Sequence record: DRR723986_4177
Direction: 5' to 3' (one strand)
DNA length: 64,000 bases
Shown here: positions 18,748-28,912 of the stretch, in pieces
Layout: every line of letters starts with the position of its first letter
Position numbering within the stretch: the first letter of the stretch is position 1
Position numbers and translations under genes: made by a program
The notes under the pieces: model-generated
Seen by the model: only the letters and a program-made list of their open reading frames with translations
Database searches by the model: none
What the model was told of the DNA's origin: nothing

Positions 18748-19932
18748 GTGAGGAAAATACTCAAAGTAGCTATGCCTTTAGTGGTGATAGCCGTGGGTGC
18801 AGGCGCTGTTATGGCACTGTCACTTGCAAAAGAAGCTCCAGAAAAAACAATTGAAGAACCCCGCCCTGTTTCACTGCACGTGGACAAAGTACGCTCTGAA
18901 CGCGTAACTGTTTCGGTTGGCACACAAGGCGAGGTTCGCGCAAAAACAGACATCAGCCTTGTGCCCCAGGTAGGTGGCAAAATAGTAAAAGTATCTGATG
19001 CTTTTGCTGAAGGTGGCAAGTTTAGCGCAGGCGAAACACTCGTTCAGATCGACGACGCGAACTACAAGCTCGCTGTAACCAGCGCCGAAGCGCGCGTTGC
19101 CGAGGCTGCTGTTCGGGTTGAGCAAGAACTTGCAGACGCCAAAATTAAGGAAAAACAGTGGAAAGACTGGGTCATTGACGGTGAACCGACACCGCTTGCC
19201 CTTAACAAGCCGCAAGTAGCCAACGCGCAAGCACAACTCAGAGCCGCAGAAGCTGATCTTGCTAATGCCAAACTGAACCTTGAGCGCACCAAAATTAAAG
19301 TACCCTTTGATGGCCGCGTCTCGGAGCGCAATATCGGCGTCGGTCAGTTTGTATCTGTGGGTGCCACACTAGGCCGTGTATTCGCAACAAACACCGTTGA
19401 AGTTAGGCTACCTCTAACAGATGATCAGCTCGGCGAACTGGCCTTGCCCATTGGTTACGTTGCTGAAGACGGCAAAGCACCTGCGGTAACCTTGTCAACT
19501 AATATTGGTGGCGCTGAGCGGTCCTGGACTGGCAAAATCGTGCGGGTTAATGCATCGGTGGATAGCCAAACCCGTTTGGTCTATGCAATTGCAGAAGTTG
19601 ATGACCCATACGGTGCAGCCGCAGATCACGGCATGCCATTGGCCGTTGGCCTGTTTGTAACCGCTGACATAGCCGGTGTGACACAGCATGATGCCATGAT
19701 CATTCCGCGCACAGCGCTGCGTGGTGATGACCGTGTATATGTCATTGCGGATGAAAAATTACAGATCCGTACCGTTGATGTACTGTCTACTTCGGAAGAA
19801 CAAGTGATTGTACTCGGCGGCCTTTCGGACGGTGAGCAGGTGGTTACGTCACCCGTTCGCAGTGTGATTGAAGGCATGGCCGTTCTCCCGATTGAGCGCA
19901 CAGCCAATCAATCTGCATCAGCATCACGGTAG
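18748..19932 (+). CDS. RND efflux periplasmic adaptor (MFP)
   Basis: N-terminal TM, PQVGGKI, coiled coil, LERTKIKVPFDG. Confidence 0.9.
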   Translation: MRKILKVAMPLVVIAVGAGAVMALSLAKEAPEKTIEEPRPVSLHVDKVRSERVTVSVGTQGEVRAKTDISLVPQVGGKIVKVSDAFAEGGKFSAGETLVQIDDANYKLAVTSAEARVAEAAVRVEQELADAKIKEKQWKDWVIDGEPTPLALNKPQVANAQAQLRAAEADLANAKLNLERTKIKVPFDGRVSERNIGVGQFVSVGATLGRVFATNTVEVRLPLTDDQLGELALPIGYVAEDGKAPAVTLSTNIGGAERSWTGKIVRVNASVDSQTRLVYAIAEVDDPYGAAADHGMPLAVGLFVTADIAGVTQHDAMIIPRTALRGDDRVYVIADEKLQIRTVDVLSTSEEQVIVLGGLSDGEQVVTSPVRSVIEGMAVLPIERTANQSASASR

Positions 19933-19941
19933 GGGGATAAC

Positions 19942-22900
19942 ATGAACGGTATTATTGAATGGTGGTCTCGCAATAAAGTTGCTGCCAACCTCTTGATGTT
20001 CGGTATTTTCATGGCCGGCATTATCGGTCTAACCTCTATGGAGCGGGAAATGTTCCCGCAGGTTCGCTTCCCTGGTCTTCAAATTGTAGTGGCTTGGCCC
20101 GGCGCCGGACCGCAAGAGGTTGAAGAACAGATCGTCACCAAAATTGAAGAATCTGTTCGCGATCTGGATAACATTGAATGGGTGCGTTCATTTGCAGGTG
20201 AAGGTGTCGGCGAAATATATATTCTCGCGGAACAAAATGTTGATTTCACCCAATTTATGAATGACGTGAAAATTCGCGTAGACGGCATTTCCTCGCTGCC
20301 ACGCGACATTGAACCGCCAAGGGTACAACAGTGGGTAAACCGTAACGAATTTATCCGCGTTGCCGTCCACGGTGACATCAGTGAACGTGACCTGAAGCGC
20401 TTGTCTGAACAGCTACGCCGCGAAGCCGCACAACTGCCCGCAGTTTCTATCGTCGAGCTTTTTGGTGTGCGCCGCGAAGAAGTTTCCATTGAGGTCAGTG
20501 AAGAATCGCTCCGCCGCTATAATATGAGCTTCGCACAAGTGGCCACCGCTATCCGCAACAGTTCCTTTAATTCATCCGGCGGTTCCGTAAGAACCGAAGC
20601 TGGTGAAATCCAGATCGCCACGCGTGCAATGGCGGATACCAAAAAAGAATTTGGTGAGATCATTGTAAGTCAAAATACTGATGGTGCCACGATCAGAGTA
20701 AAAGACGTTGCAACCGTTATTGACGGTTTTGAAGACAATGAAATTCTCGCCACACTAAACGGTGAGCAAGCTGTTCTTTTACAGGTGATGACCACAGACA
20801 TAATGGACATTGTTACTGCGTCAGAATCCATTACGAAATGGATTGAAGAAAGACAAGAAACCATGCCTGCCGGGGTTCAGCTAACCTTATGGACCGACAT
20901 GAATGAGGCCTTTGAAGGCCGCATGAAAACAATCGGCAGTTCAGCTTTTTGGGGTCTGATCCTTGTGTTAATCGTGCTGTTGCTCACGCTGCGGCCCAAA
21001 GTGGCATTCTGGGTTGCTGTTGGCATTGCCACTGCATACGCCGGTGCCTTCATTCTTTTGCCAAGCCTAGGTGTTTCACTCAATATGCTATCCACTTTCG
21101 CCTTCCTGCTTGTACTCGGGATTGTGGTGGATGATGCCATTGTGGTCGGTGAAAGCATTCATACCGAAAGCCAGAAAACCGGTGGCGGTATAACCGCAGC
21201 GGTGTTTGGCACCCAGTTGGTGGCCAAGCCGGTTATATTTGCCGTGCTTACAACCATCATTGCATTCCTGCCGTGGGTGTTTATTGATGGCTCAACAAGC
21301 GAATTTACGCGTAATATTACCTGGGTAGTTATCACTGCTCTGGCATTCTCGCTGGTGGAATCCATTTTAATTCTTCCTGCTCACCTGTCATCGCTCAAAC
21401 CTCGAGAAAACCTCGGGCGCTTTGGTCGTTTCCAAAAGTCTATTGCGGACGCTATTACCACATTCGCACAAACCAAATATAGGCGGATTGGCCAGTGGGC
21501 GATTGCAAACCGCTACCTAACCTTCTCTATTTTTGTTGCAGTCCTGGTGATTGGCTTTGGCCTCTTCAACTTGGGCTATGTCAAGAAAAGCTTCGAACCC
21601 GAATTCGAGTCAGACCAAATAACCGTCACGGTAGAAATGCCAGAAGGCTCCCCTTACAGCAGGGCGCTTGAAGTACTTGCCCAATTGCAAGATGCGGAAA
21701 AAGCCTTGGTTGAAGAAGTGAATGAGCGCACTGGCGGTGAAGGCAAGCTGATTGAAAACTGGTATACGCGGTCGCGCCGCGACAGTGTTCTGGCAATTGT
21801 AAAGCTTGCACCGCCTGAAGAGCGTGACATGTCAACCAAAGACGCATCCATCCGTTTGCGCGAATTGATGGGCGACATCCCGGACGCAAAATTGGTTACT
21901 GTTGTTTACGAAGACGGCCAAAACAATCCGGGCTTTGAGCTTTCTGTTCGCCACCCTGATCTAGATCTGCTCAGGGAAGCCGTTGCTGACATTGAAGTTA
22001 AGCTGCGTGAATATGACATGCTCTATGATATTCGCAACAATCTGGACAGTGCGTCTGAGGAGATTCGCCTCACGCTAAAACCGGGGGCTGAAAAACTCGG
22101 GCTAACGCTGTCTGAAGTCTCTCGTCAGGTGCGCCAAGCCTACTTCGGAGAAGAAGTACAGCGCATTCCGCGTGAAGGCCAAGACGTCAAAGTCATGGTC
22201 CGGTACCCTGTTTCTTCACGCCGTTCGATTGAAAGCCTACAGCATTTCCGTGTACGCACAACCGATGGCCGCGAAGTACCGCTTACATCAATTGCAAACC
22301 TTGAATATGCACCGGGCATAACCCGCATTGTACGCTGGAATATGAACCGCGCCGCCCGCATAAGCGCTGACATGAAAGAAAATGTTCGCCAGGACATCAT
22401 GGAAGACCTTAACGAGAACTTCTTCCCTGATTGGGAGCGGAAGTATCCGGGCATTATTCGCGGCAGTATTGGCCAGGCAGAAGGCGAAGCCAGGTTTGTG
22501 AAGCAAGTGATGGGGTTATATCTCACTGCTTTCTTCGCCATGTATATGCTTCTGGCCATCGCCTTCAAAAGCTACTGGCAACCGCTGGCTATTATGGTTG
22601 CAATCCCCTTCGCGTTCGTTGGGGCCGTATACGGTCACTTTGCGGTTGATATGACCATGGCTATTTTCAGCTACTTCGGCATTGCAGCAGCCGCAGGCGT
22701 GGTGATCAACGATAACCTTGTGCTCGTGGATTATTGTAACCGATTACGCGAACGCGGCATGGGTCTTCGTGAGGCGATTGTTGAAGCAGGTGTGGCGCGT
22801 TTCCGTCCTATCTTGCTTACATCTGTCACCACATTTGTTGGCCTCATGCCCATGATGCTGGAACGCTCAATTCAAGCGGCTTTCTTACAGCCAATTGTTG

Positions 22901-23067
22901 TTGCATTGGCATCGGGCGTTGTTATCGCCTTCTTCGTTACCCTGTTAATGGTGCCCTCGCTTTATGCCATCGGTGACGACATAGGCACCCTAGCCGGACG
23001 CTTCAAACGGTTTGTCATAAAACTGTTTGGTGGCAGAGAAAAGCAATTGCCAAAACAAGCCGAATAA
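19942..23067 (+). CDS. RND efflux permease (AcrB/AcrD/AcrF family)
   Basis: 1041 aa, GIVVDDAIVVGE, GVVIND, RFRPILLTSVTT. Confidence 0.93.
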   Translation: MNGIIEWWSRNKVAANLLMFGIFMAGIIGLTSMEREMFPQVRFPGLQIVVAWPGAGPQEVEEQIVTKIEESVRDLDNIEWVRSFAGEGVGEIYILAEQNVDFTQFMNDVKIRVDGISSLPRDIEPPRVQQWVNRNEFIRVAVHGDISERDLKRLSEQLRREAAQLPAVSIVELFGVRREEVSIEVSEESLRRYNMSFAQVATAIRNSSFNSSGGSVRTEAGEIQIATRAMADTKKEFGEIIVSQNTDGATIRVKDVATVIDGFEDNEILATLNGEQAVLLQVMTTDIMDIVTASESITKWIEERQETMPAGVQLTLWTDMNEAFEGRMKTIGSSAFWGLILVLIVLLLTLRPKVAFWVAVGIATAYAGAFILLPSLGVSLNMLSTFAFLLVLGIVVDDAIVVGESIHTESQKTGGGITAAVFGTQLVAKPVIFAVLTTIIAFLPWVFIDGSTSEFTRNITWVVITALAFSLVESILILPAHLSSLKPRENLGRFGRFQKSIADAITTFAQTKYRRIGQWAIANRYLTFSIFVAVLVIGFGLFNLGYVKKSFEPEFESDQITVTVEMPEGSPYSRALEVLAQLQDAEKALVEEVNERTGGEGKLIENWYTRSRRDSVLAIVKLAPPEERDMSTKDASIRLRELMGDIPDAKLVTVVYEDGQNNPGFELSVRHPDLDLLREAVADIEVKLREYDMLYDIRNNLDSASEEIRLTLKPGAEKLGLTLSEVSRQVRQAYFGEEVQRIPREGQDVKVMVRYPVSSRRSIESLQHFRVRTTDGREVPLTSIANLEYAPGITRIVRWNMNRAARISADMKENVRQDIMEDLNENFFPDWERKYPGIIRGSIGQAEGEARFVKQVMGLYLTAFFAMYMLLAIAFKSYWQPLAIMVAIPFAFVGAVYGHFAVDMTMAIFSYFGIAAAAGVVINDNLVLVDYCNRLRERGMGLREAIVEAGVARFRPILLTSVTTFVGLMPMMLERSIQAAFLQPIVVALASGVVIAFFVTLLMVPSLYAIGDDIGTLAGRFKRFVIKLFGGREKQLPKQAE

Positions 23068-23094
23068 CTGCTTGAATGAAGCACTAAACAAAAT

Positions 23095-23128
23095 AAAAGG
23101 CCGCCAAGTTACCGGCGGTCTTTTTTTT
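23095..23128 (+). terminator. Intrinsic terminator, likely bidirectional
   Basis: AAAAGGCCGCC-loop-GGCGGTCTTTTTTTT between convergent genes. Confidence 0.8.
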
Positions 23129-23166
23129 ATGCAATTAGCGCTAAGCGTTTAATCCGTTGTAGCCCA

Positions 23167-24921
23167 TCAATAGGCGGCGGCAAAGGCTCCGGGCCGTCGC
23201 GGGTCTGCAGCCCCGGCAATAATGCCGTTGGGGCGACGAATGATTGTCATAGTAGCACCCAGCACCCGTTCACCTTCATTATATGAGGCAACCGCGCTTA
23301 CGCTGTGGCCCATTGCGGCCAGCATCTGCCGCGTATCAACAGAATGGCCTGGCTCCATGATCAACCGGTCAGGAAACCATTGATGATGGATGCGCGGACG
23401 CGCCGTTGCTGTTGCCGCGTTCATGTCAAATTCCATCACGTTCAAGACAGTTTGTAAAACAGCCGTAATAATGGTTGAACCGCCGGGGCTTCCCGTGGCC
23501 ATCATTGGCTGGCCATTTTTAAATAGTAAAACCGGCGTCATAGAACTTAGCGGACGCTTGCCCGGCTCAATGGCGTTGGCAACGCCGCCAATTAGGCCGA
23601 AACCGTTTGGTGTACCTGGCTTGGCGGAGAAATCATCCATTTCATTATTCAGTAGAAACCCAGCACCCTCAACAGTACGCCCATTCCCGTAGCTGAAATT
23701 CAGCGTATAGGTGTTCGAGACCATATTGCCCGCTGCATCCATTGTAGAAAAATGCGTAGTGTCCTTACTTTCGTCAGGCAAACTTGGTGCAGGAGCAATC
23801 TCGGTGGAAGGTGTGGCCGCGTCCAAATTAATTTTGTTGCGGATAGTACCTGCATAAACTTTGTCGGTTAGCGCTGTAACCGGCACCTTAAAGTAATCTG
23901 GATCGCCAAGATACTTTGACCGATCTGCATAGGCATATTTCATGCTTTCGGTCAGCCGGTGCAAATAACTGGCGCTATTATGTCCAAGCGACTTAAGGTC
24001 CCAGCCTTCCAGCACGTTCAACATTTGCACCACATGAACCCCGCCCGAAGATGGCGGCGGCATGGCAACAACGCGGTAATCTCGGAAAGTACCGGAAATG
24101 GCGCTGCGTTCCTTGGCAACGTAATTCAACAGGTCATCACGACGGATAAGACCGTCGCTGGTTTTCATTGTGTCCACGATGCGGTCTGCAACCCAGCCCT
24201 GATAAAAACCGGCAGCACCTTTAGCGGCAATTTCCTTAAGCGTTTTGGCCAAATCAGGTTGCTGAAACAGCTCGCCCTGTTGGTAAGAGCTGCCATCAGC
24301 TTTAAAGAACTGCTTTAAACTGGCTGGGTCTGCGCCCAAGCGCTCACGGTAGCGCGACAGGGAAGCCGACAGCGCCCAATTCATAATGAAGCCTTCGTCC
24401 GCCAAACGTATCGCAGGCGCCATAACAGCGGAAAGCGGCAACGCACCATATTTTCCTTGTGCCTCGGTAAGGCCCATTACTGTGCCTGGCACGCCGGATG
24501 ACTGCATACTAAATCGTGCACGCCGGTTATCCACGTCACCGTTTGCGTTTAAAAACATATCGCGTGATGCTGCCTGCGGTGCCATTTCGCGGTAATCCAG
24601 CGCGATGACACGGTCTTCAGCTTTTAGATAAATCAGCATGAAGCCGCCGCCGCCCAAATTACCGGCTTGCGGGTGCGTCACCGCGAGCGCAAAACCAGTA
24701 GCTACAGCCGCATCAATAGCGTTACCGCCCATTTTAAGGATTTCAAGTCCGGCATTGCTGGCATGGGTGTCTTGGCTAACCACCATACCCTTGCGCCCCA
24801 AGGTTGGGTGAAACTGTGTGTTGTAGGTAATGATCGGCGTTGCATTTTGCGCGGCCACACCACCAACAAGGCCAGCTAATAGCATTATAGAAACCAACAA
24901 AGACGATAAAATACGCATCAC
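23167..24921 (-). CDS. ggt: Gamma-glutamyltransferase
   Basis: GGNAIDAA, DYRE, DTTHFS (Thr nucleophile), NNEMDDF, PLSSM, GSPGG; signal peptide. Confidence 0.93.
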   Translation of the reverse strand: MMRILSSLLVSIMLLAGLVGGVAAQNATPIITYNTQFHPTLGRKGMVVSQDTHASNAGLEILKMGGNAIDAAVATGFALAVTHPQAGNLGGGGFMLIYLKAEDRVIALDYREMAPQAASRDMFLNANGDVDNRRARFSMQSSGVPGTVMGLTEAQGKYGALPLSAVMAPAIRLADEGFIMNWALSASLSRYRERLGADPASLKQFFKADGSSYQQGELFQQPDLAKTLKEIAAKGAAGFYQGWVADRIVDTMKTSDGLIRRDDLLNYVAKERSAISGTFRDYRVVAMPPPSSGGVHVVQMLNVLEGWDLKSLGHNSASYLHRLTESMKYAYADRSKYLGDPDYFKVPVTALTDKVYAGTIRNKINLDAATPSTEIAPAPSLPDESKDTTHFSTMDAAGNMVSNTYTLNFSYGNGRTVEGAGFLLNNEMDDFSAKPGTPNGFGLIGGVANAIEPGKRPLSSMTPVLLFKNGQPMMATGSPGGSTIITAVLQTVLNVMEFDMNAATATARPRIHHQWFPDRLIMEPGHSVDTRQMLAAMGHSVSAVASYNEGERVLGATMTIIRRPNGIIAGAADPRRPGAFAAAY

Positions 24922-25089
24922 AAAACTCCGGTCACGCTGATAGGGCTGTTTATATAGTATTCGTTTAGGTCAATCGCACTGTAGCCTGTTCAATATTTTT
25001 TTCTACAACGATATACAAAATGTTACTGGTGCGCATACGCCGAAGGTTTTAGGCTCTTTATTGCCCATCGTCAGCATTCGGGGAAATAT

Positions 25090-26070
25090 ATGTCCAGCAA
25101 TCCAACTGTTACAATTGTGCAGGAAGCATCGGTTTTTTTGAATCTTGAAGCCAGTGTTGAAAAAGCGATCGCGCATATTACTGACGCCGCCGCGACCGGT
25201 GCGGACATTGTTGCTTTTGCAGAGTGCTGGTTACCGGGCTATCCGGTTTGGATAGACTTTGCCCCCAATGCCGCTATTTGGGATGAACCGGGTGCGAAAA
25301 CACTATTTCGCCTGCTTGCCGACAACTGCGTGGTTATGGGCGACAAATACCTGTCCAAGTTACAGAAAACAGCCGACGACCTGAATGTGTATATTGTTAT
25401 GGGCACGCAGGAGCGGGCGGGTGCAACGCTGTATAACACCATATTCACCTTCGCACCGAATGCCTCCGAACCCACGCCGCACCGCAAGCTGGTGCCCACA
25501 TACACTGAACGGTTGGTGTGGGGGCGCGGCGATGGCTCGATGCTCAATACAGTTGAAACACCTTGGGGCAACCTAGGTAGCCTGATCTGCTGGGAACACT
25601 GGATGCCCTTTGCCCGTGCTGCCATGCATGCACAACACGAGTTCTTGCATGTGGCGCAATGGCCAATTGTTAAAGACATGCACCAGGTCGCCAGCCGCCA
25701 TTATGCCTTCGAAGGGCGCTGCGCCGTTGCTGCTGCCGGGTCTATCATGACGAAGAGTGACATCCTTGATGGGTTTGGCTCATTGAAGGCAAACGAGCCT
25801 GCAGCTCACGCCATGCTTGCGTCCATGCCTGGTAGTGAAACCGATTATGTCCACAACGGTGGCAGCGCCGTTATCGATGCCAACGGAAATTATGTGGCTG
25901 AGCCGGTTTATGATCAAAGCGGGCTGGTTAGTGCGGTTATTAACCTGACCGACCAGCGCGAGGCTTGGCAAACACTGGATACTGACGGCCATTATAGCCG
26001 CCCGGATATTTTTGAGCTGAGTGTCAACACCGCACCGCAACCCGGTGTGAAATTTGAAAACAAACCTTAA
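25090..26070 (+). CDS. Nitrilase (carbon-nitrogen hydrolase)
   Basis: Glu (FAECWLPGYP), Lys (HRKLVPT), Cys (LICWEH); GHYSRPDIF. Confidence 0.88.
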   Translation: MSSNPTVTIVQEASVFLNLEASVEKAIAHITDAAATGADIVAFAECWLPGYPVWIDFAPNAAIWDEPGAKTLFRLLADNCVVMGDKYLSKLQKTADDLNVYIVMGTQERAGATLYNTIFTFAPNASEPTPHRKLVPTYTERLVWGRGDGSMLNTVETPWGNLGSLICWEHWMPFARAAMHAQHEFLHVAQWPIVKDMHQVASRHYAFEGRCAVAAAGSIMTKSDILDGFGSLKANEPAAHAMLASMPGSETDYVHNGGSAVIDANGNYVAEPVYDQSGLVSAVINLTDQREAWQTLDTDGHYSRPDIFELSVNTAPQPGVKFENKP

Positions 26071-26084
26071 GCTTAATATAAAAC

Positions 26085-26636
26085 CTAATGAAATGACCTA
26101 ATCATCGCTTTCAAAGCACGGTCACGATCATCTGGATTAGTGCAAACGTCCAGAATAGCCAAACCATCCAACATACCCAGTATCATTACGGCCTGTGCCT
26201 TACGCTCTAATGGGTCTTGAGTTTTAAGTCTTCCTTCAAGCCAAAAAATGAAGCCCGCCGCAATGGCTTTAGACAGATTTGAATAGGGTTCTTCACCCCT
26301 TATCGCCGCAGCAGTAATCTCTACTCCAAGACGCATATAGGGCCTGAAAGCATCACCACTTGTTATGGTAGCAGCATGGGCAAACAATGCGCTTGCTTCA
26401 AATGTCTGCCCTGCCGGGATCGCCGCATTCATTTCTAAAGTCATTTGCTGTGCTAAATAGTCAAGGACGACGGTAAGCACTTCGGCTTTATCTTCAAAAT
26501 AATATAATAACATGCGGTCGCTAATGCCCGCAGCAGCAGCCAACTGTCGCAAACTGGTTTTGGACAAGCCCGCAGCCCGAACATGATGGGCGATTTTTTC
26601 AACCGCCTGATTTCGCTGTTCTAATTTCGTTGCCAT
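26085..26636 (-). CDS. TetR/AcrR family regulator
   Basis: SLRQLAAAAGISDRMLLYYFEDK HTH. Confidence 0.9.
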   Translation of the reverse strand: MATKLEQRNQAVEKIAHHVRAAGLSKTSLRQLAAAAGISDRMLLYYFEDKAEVLTVVLDYLAQQMTLEMNAAIPAGQTFEASALFAHAATITSGDAFRPYMRLGVEITAAAIRGEEPYSNLSKAIAAGFIFWLEGRLKTQDPLERKAQAVMILGMLDGLAILDVCTNPDDRDRALKAMIRSFH

Positions 26637-26644
26637 ATTTTTCT

Positions 26645-26690
26645 TGTAGCGAATGCTACATTGTTATACAAGTATGTAGCGATCGCTACG
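26645..26690. promoter_or_regulatory. Two palindromic operators (TGTAGC-N4-GCTACA)
   Basis: TGTAGCGAATGCTACA at 26645-26660 and TGTAGCGATCGCTACG at 26675-26690 in the divergent intergenic region. Confidence 0.75.
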
Positions 26691-26700
26691 GAGAAATACT

Positions 26701-27117
26701 TTGACCACGACAGCACAAGAAACCTTTTGTAATTTACCCATCACCAAAAAGCAGGCAGCCATTCTTGTCTTACTAGGCTCTGTTTTATGGTTTATTGCAG
26801 CGATGATCCTCAGGGCGTTGGCACCGAATGGTATTTACGAAGGCGCATCACAGACTATACTTTATATTTTGATTGTTCCCGGCACGATACCCTTCCTTCT
26901 AATCTCACTGAAAGTTGCAGGCATAGAGCGCCACTACAGTTTCATAGCCGTTTCACTTATGACTATGTCAGCAATGTTATTAGACGGCATCGCACTGGCA
27001 TGGCTCCCTTCACTATACGGCGGCAGTCAAGTGTATGTTGCAGGTGCGGGCGCCACTATTCTATGGGGTGCCGGTTTGGGGCTGGTATTGGCGCTGTTTA
27101 TCAACCGGTCTAAGTAA
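26701..27117 (+). CDS. Small 4-TM membrane protein (DUF5367-like)
   Basis: Hydrophobic helices, AMLLDGIALAWLPSLYG, GATILWGAG; GGAG SD before TTG. Confidence 0.7.
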   Translation: MTTTAQETFCNLPITKKQAAILVLLGSVLWFIAAMILRALAPNGIYEGASQTILYILIVPGTIPFLLISLKVAGIERHYSFIAVSLMTMSAMLLDGIALAWLPSLYGGSQVYVAGAGATILWGAGLGLVLALFINRSK

Positions 27118-27149
27118 CCAACAATCCAGTACGATAGGAGCATGAAATT

Positions 27150-27494
27150 ATGTACGCATTTAGAGTTTTATTGGCTGCAATATTTATTGCCATTGTTGTT
27201 TACACAGCGATTGTGATCAACAATCACGGTGCCAATCTAATTCCAGTATTCTTCGGTGACATGGCGGCAATGACTTGGCCGGGGCAGTTTAATGCCGACT
27301 TTATGGGCTTTCTAATCCTGTCTGGCCTTTGGCTTTCTTGGCGACACCATTTTACACCAGCAGGCCTTGTGCTCGGCGTATTCGGACTGTTTGGTGGCAT
27401 CATGTTTTTAGCCCCTTACCTTCTGGTTGCCAGCGTTAAGGCCAACGGTGATATCAAGGAGCTCATGTTGGGTAGGGCACGAGCTAACAATTGA
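27150..27494 (+). CDS. Small membrane protein
   Basis: AGGAG SD; WPGQFNADF motif; three hydrophobic segments. Confidence 0.75.
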   Translation: MYAFRVLLAAIFIAIVVYTAIVINNHGANLIPVFFGDMAAMTWPGQFNADFMGFLILSGLWLSWRHHFTPAGLVLGVFGLFGGIMFLAPYLLVASVKANGDIKELMLGRARANN

Positions 27495-27589
27495 GCACTC
27501 CAACCGGCAAACTCGCGACCAAAACGACGAAACGGTTACACCGTGACATACGAGTGATATTACTTTAAGCGCGGAAAGCAATGCCAGCG

Positions 27590-28138
27590 TTACTTGTGTG
27601 CGTTCATTTCCGCGCGCACACGGCTGCCAGGTACAACAAACTCAAGCCTGTTGCCAGACGGCTCGCGGATCATCATGTGGGTTGTAGGGCCTTGCCCCAT
27701 AAATTCAGGCGCAAACTCAATAACCAGACCTTCTACATTCAGAAACCTTTGATGCAGGTCGTGTAGTGCCTTCAGGCTTTTAACTGTGAAAGCCAAATGG
27801 TGCAAACCCACATTGTTTTTGCGGTTAAATTCAATGGCTACCGCAGGGTCTGTTACCCGCCACAGGGTGACAAAAGCGTTGCCGTCGGTGACAAAAACCG
27901 CAGGGTAATCAGGGTCACCGCCTGCAATGCGCCAACCGAGTGTTTCAGTGAAAAAGGAGACTGACCGTTCAAGGTCTTTAACCGCAAGGCCAATATGATT
28001 GATGCCCTCAGTAACAACCGCTGTTTTTTCTTGCCCGCTATTCTCTTGCGCCGCTACAGGTATGGTTGATACGGATAGAACCATAGACAAAAGCAGGATT
28101 TTAACCGCGCTTTTAGCGCTGATATTTTTACGGTTCAT
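27590..28138 (-). CDS. VOC family protein with signal peptide
   Basis: GINHIGLAVKDL, VGLHHLAF, EPSGNRLEF; GAGG SD. Confidence 0.85.
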   Translation of the reverse strand: MNRKNISAKSAVKILLLSMVLSVSTIPVAAQENSGQEKTAVVTEGINHIGLAVKDLERSVSFFTETLGWRIAGGDPDYPAVFVTDGNAFVTLWRVTDPAVAIEFNRKNNVGLHHLAFTVKSLKALHDLHQRFLNVEGLVIEFAPEFMGQGPTTHMMIREPSGNRLEFVVPGSRVRAEMNAHK

Positions 28139-28158
28139 TTTGTTTTTCCTCACCTCAT

Positions 28159-28187
28159 AAAAAAGGCCCCGCACTGCGGAGCCTTTT
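28159..28187 (-). terminator. Intrinsic terminator between YHS and VOC genes
   Basis: Minus strand GGCTCCGC-AGT-GCGGGGCC followed by T6. Confidence 0.7.
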
Positions 28188-28192
28188 AAATT

Positions 28193-28672
28193 TTAATCTT
28201 CGTCGTTGAGGCCAACAACCTCAGGGTAATTCACATCGGCTTTCTTAATGAAGCCCGGAATATCGACTTCCCAGTCAGCTTTCACCTCAGCGTTATAGTT
28301 AAGGTACAGCTTGCCATCGACGATTTTCCACTGCTCGGGGTCACCGCTGGCTTTATAGCCGCCTGCCATAGCCCAAGCGCAGTAGCCACCATATTGAGGG
28401 GCGTATTTTGTTGGGTCCGCAAGGAACTTATCCAGGTTTTCCTGGCTTGAGAAACGCCACTTGGTATCCATATATTCGGTCTGGAACTTCTTGCTACCTT
28501 CTACCGGCTTTCCTTCAGTGAAGTAAGCAACGGCGTCATAGCCGCTTACGGCAGTACTGCTGAAAACACCGGTATAAATTGGGTCGTCTGCGGCGGTTGC
28601 AGCGCCTGTTGCTACAACACTGCCCAATGCAATGAATGCTGCGGTCATAAAAGATTTGAATAATTTGGTCAC
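28193..28672 (-). CDS. Exported YHS-domain protein
   Basis: GYDAVAYF, WRFSSQEN, YAPQYGGYCAWAM, DGKLYLNY; signal peptide. Confidence 0.88.
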   Translation of the reverse strand: MTKLFKSFMTAAFIALGSVVATGAATAADDPIYTGVFSSTAVSGYDAVAYFTEGKPVEGSKKFQTEYMDTKWRFSSQENLDKFLADPTKYAPQYGGYCAWAMAGGYKASGDPEQWKIVDGKLYLNYNAEVKADWEVDIPGFIKKADVNYPEVVGLNDED

Positions 28673-28813
28673 GACAATAGCCCTATTCTGTTAAAGCGAT
28701 ATTTTTTTATTTGGTGCATTGGATATAGAAGCAACCGCACAACAATACACTTCAAGTTCAGTAAACCTTTTGTGTAAAGCGCGCGAGCATAAGCTCAAAA
28801 GTTAAGAGAAAAC

Positions 28814-28912
28814 CGGAGAATTCGCGAAAAAGCCTCAAAAATCAGCAGAAAAATCGGCAAAATTAGAGGTAAACACGCAGAAATTAGAAACAAACTGGCA
28901 AAAATTAGAAAA
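28814..28912. repeat. Degenerate 21-bp direct repeat with phased A-tracts
   Basis: AAATTAGA at 28860, 28881 and 28902; AAATCAGC at 28839; GAATTCGC at 28818. Confidence 0.6.

Noticed and set aside
18748-23067. RND pair lacking an outer-membrane factor
   Set aside because: Common arrangement; a shared TolC elsewhere is the usual explanation
28193-28672. YHS protein as a selenoprotein
   Set aside because: No in-frame TGA; the GGYC position is Cys
28814-28912. CRISPR array
   Set aside because: The 21-bp period and 8-bp core are too short, there are no unique spacers and no cas genes
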